From Roseovarius sp. (GTDB taxonomy: Bacteria; Pseudomonadota; Alphaproteobacteria; Rhodobacterales; Rhodobacteraceae), in the NCBI GenBank assembly GCA_016278295.1, contig JADQCC010000229.1:1-46877 (forward strand): a stretch of 46,877 nucleotides of DNA, read 5' to 3'. Under the pieces are notes generated by a model that worked only from the letters and a program-made list of their open reading frames with translations, had not been told where the DNA came from and searched no databases. Numbering within the stretch: the first letter of the stretch is position 1; the number at the start of each line of letters is the position of its first letter. Below, piece after piece: positions 18,222 to 28,834 of the stretch. Position numbers and translations under genes: made by a program.

Positions 18222-19598
18222 CTAGGTTCCGGCGGGCAGGGTCTTGCCCGGGTTCAGGATATTGTTGGGGTCGAACCCGGCTTTGATTGTCCGCATATAG
18301 GCCAGGGCCGGGCCGTGTTCGGCCGCCATGAACTTCTGTTTGCCCAATCCCACCCCATGTTCACCGCTGACCGTCCCGCCAAGACGCAGCGCCGTTTCGG
18401 CCAGCGCGGTCGTGAATTCCTCGGCCCGGGCCATTTCGTCCGGGTTGGCGGGATCCACGCTCAACCCGACGTGGAAATTTCCGTCACCGACGTGACCGAC
18501 AATCGTGCCGGTCAGGCCAAGCCGGGCGGCATCGCGTTTCGATTGGAGCACGGCCTCGGCAAGGCGTGAGATCGGGACGCAGACATCCGTGGGCCAGATA
18601 TGCCCCCCCTCGCCAAGAGCCGCGCTGGCATAGTGGGATTTGTGCCGCATGGCCCAAAGGACGTTGCGGGCTTCCACCGTGTCGGCTGTGGCCCAGCCCT
18701 TGGCCCCGAAATCGGCTGCGATCTCTTCGAACGTGGCGGATTGCTCCTGAACACCCGCATCCGTGCCGTGGAACTCCAGAAACAGGTGCGGCTCTTCGGG
18801 CAGGCCCGCGCCGGAATAGAGATTGAAGCCGCGAACCATCATTTCGTCCACCAGCTCGATCCGGGCCATCGGCAACCCGGACTGGATCGTCATGATGACG
18901 CAATTCACAGCGTTCTCGACGGATGGAAAGCGGCACGTGGCGGCCTTGGTCGCCTCCGGCACGCCCTGCAGGCGCAGGGTCAGTTCGGTGATGACCCCCA
19001 ACGTGCCTTCAGATCCGATGAGCAGATGGGTCAGGTCATAACCGGTCGAGGATTTCCGGGCGCGGCTGCCGGTGCGGATGATCGTGCCATCGGCCATCAC
19101 CGCCTCCAGAGCCAGGACGTTTTCCCGCATCGTGCCATAGCGGACAGCGGTCGTGCCACTGGCCCGTGTGGCGGCCATGCCGCCAAGGCTCGCGTCCGCA
19201 CCGGGGTCGATGGGAAAGAACAACCCGGTTGCCCGCAACTCCTCATTCAGGCGGATTCGGGTGATGCCGGGCTGCACGACGATGTTCAGATCCTCGGCAT
19301 TGACCTCGACGATCTTGTTCATCCGGGCCATGTCGAGGCTGATGCCCCCGGATGTACAGAGGTGCTGCCCCTCAAGCGACGATGCGGCGCCATAGGGGAC
19401 AACCGGGCAGTGTTGCGCATTGCAGACCTTCAGGATCGCCGCCACCTCTTCGGTGGAGGCGGGGAACGCGACCGCGTCAGGGGGGGTGTTCGGATAGTAT
19501 GTCTCGTTTTCGCCATGTTGGGTGCACACCGCGCCACCGGTCACCAGACGGTCGCCCAGCAATACTGTCAGATGTGCAATGGCGGTGGATATCGTCAT
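18222..19598 (-). CDS. FAD-linked oxidase, D-lactate dehydrogenase/GlcD family
   Basis: SSLEG, IDPGADASLGGM, YGTMRENV, GYDLT, GSEGTLG, HVGDGNFH, GEHGVG, LNPGK. Confidence 0.9.
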   Translation of the reverse strand: MTISTAIAHLTVLLGDRLVTGGAVCTQHGENETYYPNTPPDAVAFPASTEEVAAILKVCNAQHCPVVPYGAASSLEGQHLCTSGGISLDMARMNKIVEVNAEDLNIVVQPGITRIRLNEELRATGLFFPIDPGADASLGGMAATRASGTTAVRYGTMRENVLALEAVMADGTIIRTGSRARKSSTGYDLTHLLIGSEGTLGVITELTLRLQGVPEATKAATCRFPSVENAVNCVIMTIQSGLPMARIELVDEMMVRGFNLYSGAGLPEEPHLFLEFHGTDAGVQEQSATFEEIAADFGAKGWATADTVEARNVLWAMRHKSHYASAALGEGGHIWPTDVCVPISRLAEAVLQSKRDAARLGLTGTIVGHVGDGNFHVGLSVDPANPDEMARAEEFTTALAETALRLGGTVSGEHGVGLGKQKFMAAEHGPALAYMRTIKAGFDPNNILNPGKTLPAGT

Positions 19599-20197
19599 GA
19601 AACAGTCCTTGAAGCGGACCAAAGCGCCAACGCGACAACGCCAAGCATCGACAGGGCCATGCCCCCATTGATCGCACGTTGGGTGCGCGACGGCAGATTC
19701 AGCCTGTGCAGGGCAACACCGGCCCACAGCCAGGCCAGGTGAATGGGAATCCAGATGGCATTCAGGATCATCGCCTTGGTGACCATCTCGAACAGGAAAC
19801 TGTCAGGCGCATAGTTGAACCCCAGGATCAGGGAACTGTTTGCCACATAGGCTTTGGGATTGATCGCTTGCAGCATCAGCCCACCCGGAACGCCCGGGGC
19901 GGTCTTTGCCTCCATGAACGAAATCCTGGCACCGGCAAAGGCAATACGGGCGGCGAGGTAGAGAAGATAACAGACCGAACCGATCATCAGACCCAGTCGG
20001 AGCCACGGAACAGACAGCACGATCGCGGCAAGCCCTGTCATCACCGACAGCATCACAAGATTTGTGCCGATGAAAAGGCCCAGCACGTAACGCAGCGACG
20101 GGCGAAACCCGTATGCCGCGCCGAATCCGGCAGTGGTCATCACACCCGGCCCGGGCGTGATGATCAGGAAGAACACGGCAATGGCAAAGGTCAGCAT
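19595..20197 (-). CDS. LysE/RhtB family exporter
   Basis: ITPGPG and INPKAY motifs, hydrophobic 200 aa; translationally coupled on both sides. Confidence 0.88.
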   Translation of the reverse strand: MLTFAIAVFFLIITPGPGVMTTAGFGAAYGFRPSLRYVLGLFIGTNLVMLSVMTGLAAIVLSVPWLRLGLMIGSVCYLLYLAARIAFAGARISFMEAKTAPGVPGGLMLQAINPKAYVANSSLILGFNYAPDSFLFEMVTKAMILNAIWIPIHLAWLWAGVALHRLNLPSRTQRAINGGMALSMLGVVALALWSASRTVS

Positions 20198-21228
20198 CAG
20201 GTAAACTCCAGCTGCACTTTCATCGCCTTGCTGCGATCGGAAGCAGTGGCAAACGCGGCCTCGAACTCGGTCAGCGGATAGCTGTGGGTGATCAGCGGGG
20301 TCACGTCGATCAGCCCTTTGCGCATCAGGTCAACCGCGGTGGCGAATTCTTCGTGAAAGCGAAACGACCCCCGCAGGTGGAGCTCTTTGGCCGTGACCTG
20401 CATCATCGGAAGCGTCACAGCGCCCGACAGCCCCACTTGTACCAAAACGCCGCGCGGGCGCAGGGCCGCAATGCCAGCCGCCAATGCCGGCTCGGCCCCG
20501 GAACATTCAAAATGAACATCCAGGGTGCCTTTGGCCTTTTGATAGGCGGTCAGCGCATCCGGGTTTGCGGCCGTGTTCAACATGACATCAGCCCCGGCCG
20601 CTTTGGCATATTTCAGACCCGTATCGGCAATATCGGTGACAATAATGTCCGACGCCCCGGCGCGCCGGGCGGCAAGGATCATCAATATGCCGATCGGGCC
20701 GCAGCCCGTCACCAGCACACGGCGGCCCAGCATGTCGCCGGCGTGGCGCACAGCATGCAGGCAAACCGCCAGTGGCTCTGTCATGGCGGCCTCGGCTGCG
20801 GTCAGCCCTTGTGCGTTGACGCATTGCGACGCGTCGGCAACAAGGTATTCGCGAAACGCGCCCTGAATATGCGGGATCGGCATGGCCGACCCATAGAACC
20901 GCATGTTCAGGCACTGATTCGGCAATCCGCGCAGGCATTCGCCACATCCACCGCAGGGCCGCGACGGAGAGATGGCAACCAGATCGCCCGGATCAAGACC
21001 CGTGACGCCGTCGCCAACCGCGCTGATTTCGCCCGCGACCTCGTGCCCCAGGATCATCGGTTCGCGCAGGCGCACGGTGCCGAAACCGCCGTGATTGAAG
21101 TAGTGCAGATCCGACCCGCAAATCCCTCCGCGCACCATGCGAAGCGCGACCTGTCCCGGTTCGGGCGCCGCTTGGTCACAGGGGGCCAGACGCAGATCAT
21201 GGGCCGCATGGATATATAGCGCTCTCAT
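20197..21228 (-). CDS. idnD: L-idonate 5-dehydrogenase (Zn-dependent MDR)
   Basis: GGICGSDLHY, LGHEV, CxxCxxC, FYGSAM, EPLAV, GCGPIG, GSFRF; divergent from a gluconate 5-dehydrogenase. Confidence 0.85.
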   Translation of the reverse strand: MRALYIHAAHDLRLAPCDQAAPEPGQVALRMVRGGICGSDLHYFNHGGFGTVRLREPMILGHEVAGEISAVGDGVTGLDPGDLVAISPSRPCGGCGECLRGLPNQCLNMRFYGSAMPIPHIQGAFREYLVADASQCVNAQGLTAAEAAMTEPLAVCLHAVRHAGDMLGRRVLVTGCGPIGILMILAARRAGASDIIVTDIADTGLKYAKAAGADVMLNTAANPDALTAYQKAKGTLDVHFECSGAEPALAAGIAALRPRGVLVQVGLSGAVTLPMMQVTAKELHLRGSFRFHEEFATAVDLMRKGLIDVTPLITHSYPLTEFEAAFATASDRSKAMKVQLEFT

Positions 21229-21271
21229 GGCCAGGCTCCTCCCCTCCGGGGGGGCGCTTGCAAAACCCCCA

Positions 21272-21287
21272 AGATGGTATACCATCT
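21272..21287. promoter_or_regulatory. GntR-type operator in the idnD/idnO divergent region
   Basis: Perfect 16-bp palindrome AGATGGTATACCATCT. Confidence 0.85.
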
Positions 21288-21350
21288 CACTCAAGCCGGG
21301 TTTGCCCGTCAATGTCAATGCCACGAAACAGGCGGCCCGAGGGAGAGCAC

Positions 21351-22112
21351 ATGCAGCTGTTCGATCTGAACGGGAAAACCGCGCTCGTCACCGGCTCGTC
21401 GATGGGGATCGGGTTCGCGTTGGCGCGCGGCCTCGCGCAAGCGGGCGCGAGGATTGTGCTGAATGCCCGGAATGCAGACCGCCTGAAGGACGCCGCCGAG
21501 ACGCTTCGCGCAGGGGGGGCAACGGTCGCGACGCTGGCGTTCGATGTGACCGACCCGGAGGCAATCCGCAGCGCCGTGGACACCTATGAGCGCGACCATG
21601 ATCCGATCGACATTCTGGTCAACAATGCCGGCATGCAGCATCGCGCGCCGCTTGAGGTTTTCCCGACCGACACGTTTGAGAGGCTGATGCGCACCAACGT
21701 GAATTCGGTGTTCTATGTCGGTCAGGCTGTCGCACGGCACATGATCAAGCGCGGCGAGGGCAAGATCATCAATATCGCCAGCGTGCAGGCCGCTCTGGCC
21801 CGCCCCGGCATCGCGCCATACACCGCCAGCAAGGGCGCGGTGGCCAATCTGACCAAGGGCATGGCGACGGATTGGGCCAAATACGGCATGAACTGCAACG
21901 CCATTGCGCCGGGTTATTTCGAAACGCCGTTGAACGCGGCGTTGGTCGCCGACCCGGAGTTCAGCGCATGGCTCGAAAAGCGCACGCCGGCCGGTCGCTG
22001 GGGCAAGGTCGAGGAACTGGTTGGCGCGTGCGTCTTCCTGTCGTCCAGCGCCGCGAGTTTCGTCAACGGCCACACGCTGTTCGTCGATGGCGGCATCGCG
22101 GCAAGTCTTTAG
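21351..22112 (+). CDS. idnO: gluconate 5-dehydrogenase (SDR)
   Basis: MQLFDLNGKTALVTGSSMGIG, NNAGMQHR, IAPYTASKG, APGYF, RTPAGRWG. Confidence 0.88.
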   Translation: MQLFDLNGKTALVTGSSMGIGFALARGLAQAGARIVLNARNADRLKDAAETLRAGGATVATLAFDVTDPEAIRSAVDTYERDHDPIDILVNNAGMQHRAPLEVFPTDTFERLMRTNVNSVFYVGQAVARHMIKRGEGKIINIASVQAALARPGIAPYTASKGAVANLTKGMATDWAKYGMNCNAIAPGYFETPLNAALVADPEFSAWLEKRTPAGRWGKVEELVGACVFLSSSAASFVNGHTLFVDGGIAASL

Positions 22113-22124
22113 AGGAGAAAACAC

Positions 22125-23015
22125 ATGAGTCAGACACCGGTCGTTGGCTTTATCGGCGTTGGCCTGATGGGTCATGGCATGGCCAAGAACATCCTTCAGG
22201 GTGGCTATCCGTTGATCATCAAGGGCAACCGCAACCGCGCACCCGTGGAGAGCCTTGTCGGCATGGGCGCAACCGAGGTGCAGACCGCCAAAGAGATGGC
22301 CGAGCAATGCGACATCATCCATCTCTGCCTGTCGAATTCGCCGCAGGTCGAGGCGATCATCCGTGGCGAGGACGGCATTCTTGCCGGGGCGCGCGACGGG
22401 TTGATTGTCGTGGATACCACCACGGCCGATCCGGCCTCGACCATGACGCTGGCCGAAGAGATGGGCCGGAACGGCGTGCACATGGTCGATGCCCCTCTGG
22501 GCCGGACGCCGAAAGAGGCCGAGGCGGGCATGCTCGACGCGATGGTGGGCGCGTCGGCTGACGCCTTCGACAAGGTGAAACCGGTGATCGACTGCTGGTC
22601 CGGCTCGATCACCCATATCGGCCCGGTGGGATCAGGCCACAAGATGAAGCTCATCATGAACTTCATCGGGATGTCCTATGCCTCGGTCTATGCCGAAGCG
22701 CTGAGCCTCGCCGTGAAGTCCGGCCTGACCCCGCAGTCGGTGCGCGACGTGATGGCCCCGTCCCGCATGGGCTGTGGGTTCTTCGACACGTTCTTTTCGG
22801 CGGCAGTCGGCGGCGATCCCGACGCGCATAAATTCGTTATCGCGAACGCGGCGAAGGACGTGCGCTATGTCGCCAACATGGCGTTGGCTGCCGGGGTGAT
22901 GAACCCGGTTGGCGCCGCCGTGCGCAACTATTTCGACCAGGCCGAAGCGGCAGGCAAGGGGCAGGATTACGTGCCGACGATCGCCAACCACATCGCCCGG
23001 TCTGAACGGGTTTGA
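22125..23015 (+). CDS. beta-hydroxyacid dehydrogenase (tartronate semialdehyde reductase/3-HIBADH family)
   Basis: GFIGVGLMGHGMAKN, DAPLGRTP, GSGHKMKLIMN. Confidence 0.85.
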   Translation: MSQTPVVGFIGVGLMGHGMAKNILQGGYPLIIKGNRNRAPVESLVGMGATEVQTAKEMAEQCDIIHLCLSNSPQVEAIIRGEDGILAGARDGLIVVDTTTADPASTMTLAEEMGRNGVHMVDAPLGRTPKEAEAGMLDAMVGASADAFDKVKPVIDCWSGSITHIGPVGSGHKMKLIMNFIGMSYASVYAEALSLAVKSGLTPQSVRDVMAPSRMGCGFFDTFFSAAVGGDPDAHKFVIANAAKDVRYVANMALAAGVMNPVGAAVRNYFDQAEAAGKGQDYVPTIANHIARSERV

Positions 23016-23067
23016 CCTGCCTGCGGCGGTCAAGTCAGGCGACGACCAGTAGGGAAAGCGACGGCAC

Positions 23068-23958
23068 ATGCTGACCGAAGATCAAAAGGCGTTTTATGAC
23101 GAGAACGGCTATCTTCTGGTGAAGGACGCCGTCACCCCCGACCAGCTTGGGCGCTTGCGCGAGATCACCTACCGTCTGATTGATGGCTCGCGCGCGGTGA
23201 CGGACAGTAACGAGGTCTATGACCTCGATACGGGGCATGGCCCGGACACTCCGCGCCTGACGCGGATCAAGCTGCCGCACCAGCGCGATCCCTATGTCTG
23301 GGAGCTGATCCGCAACTCGAAAATGACCGGGGTGCTGACCGATCTTCTGGGCCCGCATACCAGCCTGCTGACCTCCAAGCTGAACACCAAGGCCCCCGGC
23401 GGCGGGCGCGCGGTGGAATGGCATCAGGACTGGGCCTTCTACCCGGCGACCAATGACAGCCTGCTGGCCTTTGGCCTGATGCTGGAGGATGTGGACGAGG
23501 CGAACGGGCCGTTGATGGTCATCCCCGGCACCCACAAGGGGCCGGTCCTCAGCCATCAGTCCAACGGGTTCTTTGCCGGGGCCATCGACCCTGACGATCC
23601 GCTGTTCGAGCCCGACAAGGCGGTCACGCTGACCGGCAAGGCGGGTGACATGACGGTGCACCATGTGCGCATCCTGCACGGCTCTGCCCCGAACATGAGC
23701 GACCGGAACCGGCTTATCCTGTTCTACGAATGCACCGCGTCCGATGCCTGGCCGATCCTTGGCGCGTCAAGTTACATTCACTCGCTCGGGCAGCGCGCCT
23801 ATTGGGCCGACATCCTGAACCGCCAGATCACCGGTGCGCCGCAGTTGGTTCCGCGCATGGCCGATGTGCCGATCCGAATGCCGCTGCCGCCGGCGCCCGA
23901 CACCGGGTCGATCTTCAAGACGCAGGAAAGCGCCGGGGCCAAAAGCGCGTTCACCTGA
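23068..23958 (+). CDS. PhyH-family Fe(II)/2-oxoglutarate dioxygenase
   Basis: FYDENGYL, WHQD (HxD), NGPLMVIPGTH, HGSAPN...R. Confidence 0.88.
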   Translation: MLTEDQKAFYDENGYLLVKDAVTPDQLGRLREITYRLIDGSRAVTDSNEVYDLDTGHGPDTPRLTRIKLPHQRDPYVWELIRNSKMTGVLTDLLGPHTSLLTSKLNTKAPGGGRAVEWHQDWAFYPATNDSLLAFGLMLEDVDEANGPLMVIPGTHKGPVLSHQSNGFFAGAIDPDDPLFEPDKAVTLTGKAGDMTVHHVRILHGSAPNMSDRNRLILFYECTASDAWPILGASSYIHSLGQRAYWADILNRQITGAPQLVPRMADVPIRMPLPPAPDTGSIFKTQESAGAKSAFT

Positions 23959-23965
23959 GCGCGTG

Positions 23966-24340
23966 TCAATCGACGAGATTTGCCGTGCCGTTCGCCAGCA
24001 TGTCATCAATTGCCGGAACCTCACTGAGGCCCCCCTGTACCTTCGCGTCAAGCGAGTCTTCCAGTTCCTGAATGGTCGCCAATTGCGCGATGACCGCGTC
24101 TATCCGGGCGAACGGCACGACGACGACCCCATCCCTGTCGGCCACGATGGCCGGACCATAGGCATGTGTCGCAAGATCACGCCCGCCGCCAACGGGCTGA
24201 ATGGATGAGCACAGCGCGCCCTGTCCTTCCATTGCATCGCACAGGAACCCTGTGGGGATATCCCGAAAGGCCGCGATCTGTCGCGCATCCGGGCGACGGA
24301 TGGTCTTGCGGATTTGCAGTTTTGGAGGTTCTTCGATCAT
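23966..24340 (-). pseudogene. RraA/HMG-aldolase family gene with an in-frame internal deletion
   Basis: 124 aa; PTGFLCDAM...GPA joined directly to IVADRDGVVVVP; the central catalytic DG-x-x-RD region is absent. Confidence 0.72.
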
Positions 24341-24460
24341 TCCGCATCCTTTGAATTACGGGGGCGTGGCATGCCGGTTTCTGGAAAACGGCCACCGACA
24401 GACAGGTATTACGGATCGGCATGGCGCAGGTCCTCAGCCGGGTCATCTTAGCCCTTGCAT

Positions 24461-24472
24461 TTGGTATACCAT
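24461..24472. promoter_or_regulatory. GntR-type operator upstream of the IlvD/Edd dehydratase
   Basis: TGGTATACCA at 24462-24471 in the rraA/dehydratase divergent region. Confidence 0.8.
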
Positions 24473-24521
24473 TTAGGGAAGCTGTGCCAAGGCCCTCGTT
24501 CGGCCACTCGGGAGGAAAAGA

Positions 24522-26303
24522 ATGTCCAATACACGCGCAAACAAGCGGTTCCGATCGCAGGAATGGTTCGACAATCCGAATAATCCGGGCATGACCGCCC
24601 TGTATCTGGAGCGATACCAGAACCAGGAATATACTCGCGACGAACTCCAGAGTGAGTGTCCGGTTATCGGCATCGCGCAAACCGGCAGCGATATCGCGCC
24701 CTGCAACAAGATCCACGTCTTTCTGATGGACCGCATCAAGGCGGGCATCCGCCAGGCGGGCGGGATTCCGATGGAATTCCCGGTCCATCCGATTCAGGAA
24801 ACCGGCAAGCGCCCGACCGCCGCGCTCGACCGCAACCTTGCCTATCTGAGCCTTGTCGAAGTGTTGCACGGATATCCGATTGATGGGGTCGTCCTGACCA
24901 CCGGCTGCGACAAGACCACGCCAGCCATGCTGATGGGTGCCGCTACTCTCGACCTTCCGGCGATTGCACTGAATGGCGGCCCCATGCTCGATGGGTGGTG
25001 GCAGGGCAAACGGGCCGGATCAGGCACGATAGTCTGGGAAAGCCGCAGGCTGCTTGCCGAAGGCAAGATCGACTATGACGAATTCATGAGCCGTGTCTGT
25101 TCCTCGGCGCCCAGCCTCGGGCATTGCAACACGATGGGCACCGCCAGCACGATGAACGCGATGGCCGAGGCCCTCGGAATGACCCTGACAGGCAACGCCG
25201 CGATCCCGGCGCCGTTCCGGGAGCGTATGGGCATGGCCTATGAGACCGGCCGCCGGATCGTCCAGATGGTGATGGACGACCTGAAGCCGTCCGACATCAT
25301 GACCCGGGACGCTTTCGAAAACGCCATTGTTGTCAACGCGGCGATCGGCGGATCGACAAATGCCCCGCCGCACCTGCAGGCCATTGCCCGTCATATCGGC
25401 GTCGATCTGCATGTGCGCGATTGGGAAACCATCGGGTTCGATATCCCTCTCATGGTGAACATGCAGCCCGCGGGGGAGTATCTGGGAGAATCCTTTTACC
25501 GGGCCGGTGGCGTTCCCGCGGTCATGGGCGAATTGATGAAAGCGGGGCGTCTGCATGGCAACGCACTGACGGCGACCGGCAAAACACTGTCTGACAACCT
25601 GTCCGGGTGCCACAGTGTCGATCTAGATGTTATCAAAAGCTATGATGCCCCGATGCGCAAGAATGCGGGATTCAAGGTCTTGTCCGGAAACCTGTTCGAT
25701 TCGGCCCTTATGAAGACCAGTGTGATTTCGGATGATTTTCGCAAACGCTTTCTGTCCGAACCCGGAAAAGAAGGCATTTTCGAAGCGCGAGCCGTCGTCT
25801 TTGAAGGACCGGAGGATTACCACGACCGGATCAACGATCCAGCCCTCGGGGTCGATGAAAAGACGATCCTCTTTATTCGGGGGATTGGATGTGTCGGCTA
25901 TCCCGGCAGCGCCGAAGTGGTGAACATGCAGCCCCCGGATTCTTTGATCAAGGCGGGCATAAACCACCTGCCGACGGTGGGGGATGGACGGCAGTCGGGC
26001 ACGTCGGAAAGCCCGTCCATTCTGAATGCGTCACCCGAGGCGGTTGTCGGTGGCGGTCTGGCCTATCTCAAGACCGGAGACACGGTGCGTCTGGATTTGA
26101 ATGCCAGCCGGATGGATGCGATCGTCCCCGCCGACGACTGGCAAGCCAGGATTGATGCCTGGGAGGCGCCCGATCTTGTGCACCAGACCCCGTGGCAAGA
26201 GATTTACCGCACCCATGTCGGACAACTGGCCGAGGGCGGATGCCTCGAGCTTGCGACGGCTTACCAGAAAGTCAGGCGCACTCTGCCGCGCGACAATCAC
26301 TGA
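24522..26303 (+). CDS. IlvD/Edd-family sugar-acid dehydratase (D-xylonate dehydratase XylD-like)
   Basis: 593 aa; [46 protein letters not shown]-terminal PRDNH. Confidence 0.88.
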   Translation: MSNTRANKRFRSQEWFDNPNNPGMTALYLERYQNQEYTRDELQSECPVIGIAQTGSDIAPCNKIHVFLMDRIKAGIRQAGGIPMEFPVHPIQETGKRPTAALDRNLAYLSLVEVLHGYPIDGVVLTTGCDKTTPAMLMGAATLDLPAIALNGGPMLDGWWQGKRAGSGTIVWESRRLLAEGKIDYDEFMSRVCSSAPSLGHCNTMGTASTMNAMAEALGMTLTGNAAIPAPFRERMGMAYETGRRIVQMVMDDLKPSDIMTRDAFENAIVVNAAIGGSTNAPPHLQAIARHIGVDLHVRDWETIGFDIPLMVNMQPAGEYLGESFYRAGGVPAVMGELMKAGRLHGNALTATGKTLSDNLSGCHSVDLDVIKSYDAPMRKNAGFKVLSGNLFDSALMKTSVISDDFRKRFLSEPGKEGIFEARAVVFEGPEDYHDRINDPALGVDEKTILFIRGIGCVGYPGSAEVVNMQPPDSLIKAGINHLPTVGDGRQSGTSESPSILNASPEAVVGGGLAYLKTGDTVRLDLNASRMDAIVPADDWQARIDAWEAPDLVHQTPWQEIYRTHVGQLAEGGCLELATAYQKVRRTLPRDNH

Positions 26304-26354
26304 CCAGCGGCGCGGTGCGGCCCTGCCCCAAACAAGAACCTACAGGGAGGACCC

Positions 26355-27092
26355 ATGAGCAAATCAATCATTATCACCGGCGCGGGCCGGGGGATAGGCA
26401 AGGCGACCGCAGATGCCTTCCTCGATGCGGGCTGGACGGTGGGGCTTGTCGGGCGCAAGCCGGCGAGCCTCGAAGAGGCCGCCGCCGGGCGGGCCAATGC
26501 GCACCCCCTGCCCTGCGACGTGACCAGTGAATCCGAGGTCGCAGAAGCGTTCGGCAAGGCTCATCAGGCCTGGGGACGGCTTGACGCTATTTTCAACAAC
26601 GCGGGGGTGTCCCTGGCCTCGGCCACAGTTGACGAAACCGACGTGGACGCGTGGCGCAACGTCATCGATATCAACCTCACCGGCAGCTTCATCTGCGCCA
26701 AGGTGGCTTTCGGTCTGATGCGCGCGCAGGATCCTCAAGGCGGGCGGATCATAAACAACGGGTCTGTGTCTGCCTATGTCCCCCGCTGGGGATCGGCGGC
26801 CTACACGGCATCGAAGCACGCGATCACCGGCCTGACACGGTCGATCAGCCTGGATGGGCGGCCCTTCTCCATCGCCTGCGGACAAATCGACATCGGCAAC
26901 GCGTTGACCGACATGGCCGCGAAAATGACAACCGGGATGCCGCAGGCCGATGGCGCGATCAAGGTGGAGCCGGTCATGGACGTGAAAAACGTCGCCAGTT
27001 CGGTGCTGCACATGGCCAGCTTGCCGCTGGATGCCAATGTGCAGTTCATGACGGTGATGGCGACCAACATGCCCTATATCGGCCGGGGGTGA
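26355..27092 (+). CDS. short-chain dehydrogenase/reductase
   Basis: TGAGRGIG, NNAG, NNGSVSA, YTASKH, IDIGNA. Confidence 0.9.
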   Translation: MSKSIIITGAGRGIGKATADAFLDAGWTVGLVGRKPASLEEAAAGRANAHPLPCDVTSESEVAEAFGKAHQAWGRLDAIFNNAGVSLASATVDETDVDAWRNVIDINLTGSFICAKVAFGLMRAQDPQGGRIINNGSVSAYVPRWGSAAYTASKHAITGLTRSISLDGRPFSIACGQIDIGNALTDMAAKMTTGMPQADGAIKVEPVMDVKNVASSVLHMASLPLDANVQFMTVMATNMPYIGRG

Positions 27093-27096
27093 CGAT

Positions 27097-27897
27097 ATGA
27101 CCAAACCGAACCGCATCCTGATGACGGGAGCCGCTGGCATCATAGGACAGCAGATCCGCGACGGGCTTCGCGAGCTTGCCACGCATGTCCGCCTGTCCGA
27201 TCTGGCCGATCCGGGACCGGCCGGGCCGGGCGAGGAAATCGTGCCATGTGATCTGACTGACACGCCTGCCCTGCCTGGACTGGTCCGGGATTGCGACGCC
27301 ATTCTGCATTTCGGTGGCGTTTCGACCGAGAACACGGCCGAGCTGATCCACCGCGTCAATATCGACGGTGTGTACCATCTGTACGAGGCCGCGCGTAAGG
27401 AAGGCGTGAAGCGGATTCTGTTCGCAAGCTCCAACCACGCGATCGGCTTTCATACCCGGGAAACGAGGCTGACCGCCTCGACCCCGGTGCGACCGGATTC
27501 CAACTATGGCGTGTCGAAAGCCTATGGCGAGGCACTGGCAAGCCTCTATTGGGACAAGTACGGGATCGAAACCCTGATCGTGCGGATCGGCTCTTGTTTT
27601 CCCGAACCGAAAGACCGCCGGATGATGGCCACATGGATGAGTGCGGGCGACATGCTCCGCCTGATCGGGTGCATGCTCGACGCCCCCCGGCTAGGCTGTC
27701 CGATCGTCTATGGCGTGTCGAACAACGATGAATGCTGGTGGGACAATTCCGAAACCGCCTATTTGGGCTGGAAGCCGCAGGATAGTTCCGCCCGGTTTGC
27801 CCATCTGTTCGAGAACGACCCGCCAGAGGACCCCAAAGATCCGGCCGTGATCTATCAGGGCGGCGGGTTTGCCAAGGCCGGCCATTTCGAGGACTGA
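27097..27897 (+). CDS. udh: uronate dehydrogenase
   Basis: ILMTGAAG, LSDL, ASSNHAIG, RPDSNYGVSK, RIGSCF, WWDNS, YQGGGF. Confidence 0.82.
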   Translation: MTKPNRILMTGAAGIIGQQIRDGLRELATHVRLSDLADPGPAGPGEEIVPCDLTDTPALPGLVRDCDAILHFGGVSTENTAELIHRVNIDGVYHLYEAARKEGVKRILFASSNHAIGFHTRETRLTASTPVRPDSNYGVSKAYGEALASLYWDKYGIETLIVRIGSCFPEPKDRRMMATWMSAGDMLRLIGCMLDAPRLGCPIVYGVSNNDECWWDNSETAYLGWKPQDSSARFAHLFENDPPEDPKDPAVIYQGGGFAKAGHFED

Positions 27898-27933
27898 CGG
27901 GAACGGTGCGCCGCGGGCCAAGCGTCGCGCGGC

Positions 27934-28821
27934 TCACCCTCGTGTTTTTTGCCGCTCGCGGCTCCAGATATACAAACCGGACGTGATGATGATGAGCCCG
28001 CCTGCCAGGGTCCAGACCGTTGGCCATGTGGAAAACACCAGGATACTGGCGATCGCCGCGAGGAAAATCTGGCTGTAGACCATTGGCGCGAGGATTGACG
28101 CATCTGCCCAGCGATGCGCAACGGTCGCAAGGATATGGCCCGTGACGCCGAAACCGCCGACCAGGCACATGACGAGCCATTGAAGCCCGGTCTCGGGCCA
28201 GACCCAGACCCCCAACGCAAAGGGGAAAAGCGTAATTGATGCCAGACCCGACGCCCAGACCTGCTGCGCGGCATTCGTTTCAACCCCCGCAAGCATCCGC
28301 GTCATGATGAAATAGAGGGACGCGATAATCAGGGCGGCGAGCGAAAAGAACATCGCCGGATGAAACTCTGTGCCCCACGGCCGGATCACGACCAGGACAC
28401 CGATAAACCCGACGCAAACCGCGATGAGCCGGCGAAGGCCGACCTTTTCTCCCAGAATTGGTATGGCGAGCAATGTGACCACGATGGGGCCTGCGAACAT
28501 GATCGTCGTGGTGATCGTCATCGGCAGCGACTGCAACGCAAAGAAATTGCAGATGGTCGAGCCAAACAGAAACAGCGACCGAAGGAACTGTTTGAACGGC
28601 GCGCGCGACAGGAATACCTCTGCGCGTTCCTGCGGAAGGTAGAGGATCATGGCATACAGGAAGTGGCCGAAATAGCGCACGAACACGACCTGCATCACGG
28701 GAAACCCCGCGAGAACCAGCCACTTGGCAGAGGTGTCGATGCAGGTGAAAAAGACCACTGCACAGAACATCGTCAGCACGCCCGCAGCGACCCGGTCTTC
28801 CCGAGGGATTGGCGCGCTCAT
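27934..28821 (-). CDS. DMT/EamA family transporter
   Basis: About 10 hydrophobic segments; DTSAKWL, LGEKVGLRR, VIRP, LAPMVY. Confidence 0.88.
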   Translation of the reverse strand: MSAPIPREDRVAAGVLTMFCAVVFFTCIDTSAKWLVLAGFPVMQVVFVRYFGHFLYAMILYLPQERAEVFLSRAPFKQFLRSLFLFGSTICNFFALQSLPMTITTTIMFAGPIVVTLLAIPILGEKVGLRRLIAVCVGFIGVLVVIRPWGTEFHPAMFFSLAALIIASLYFIMTRMLAGVETNAAQQVWASGLASITLFPFALGVWVWPETGLQWLVMCLVGGFGVTGHILATVAHRWADASILAPMVYSQIFLAAIASILVFSTWPTVWTLAGGLIIITSGLYIWSRERQKTRG

Positions 28822-28834
28822 GTCACCACCGCTT

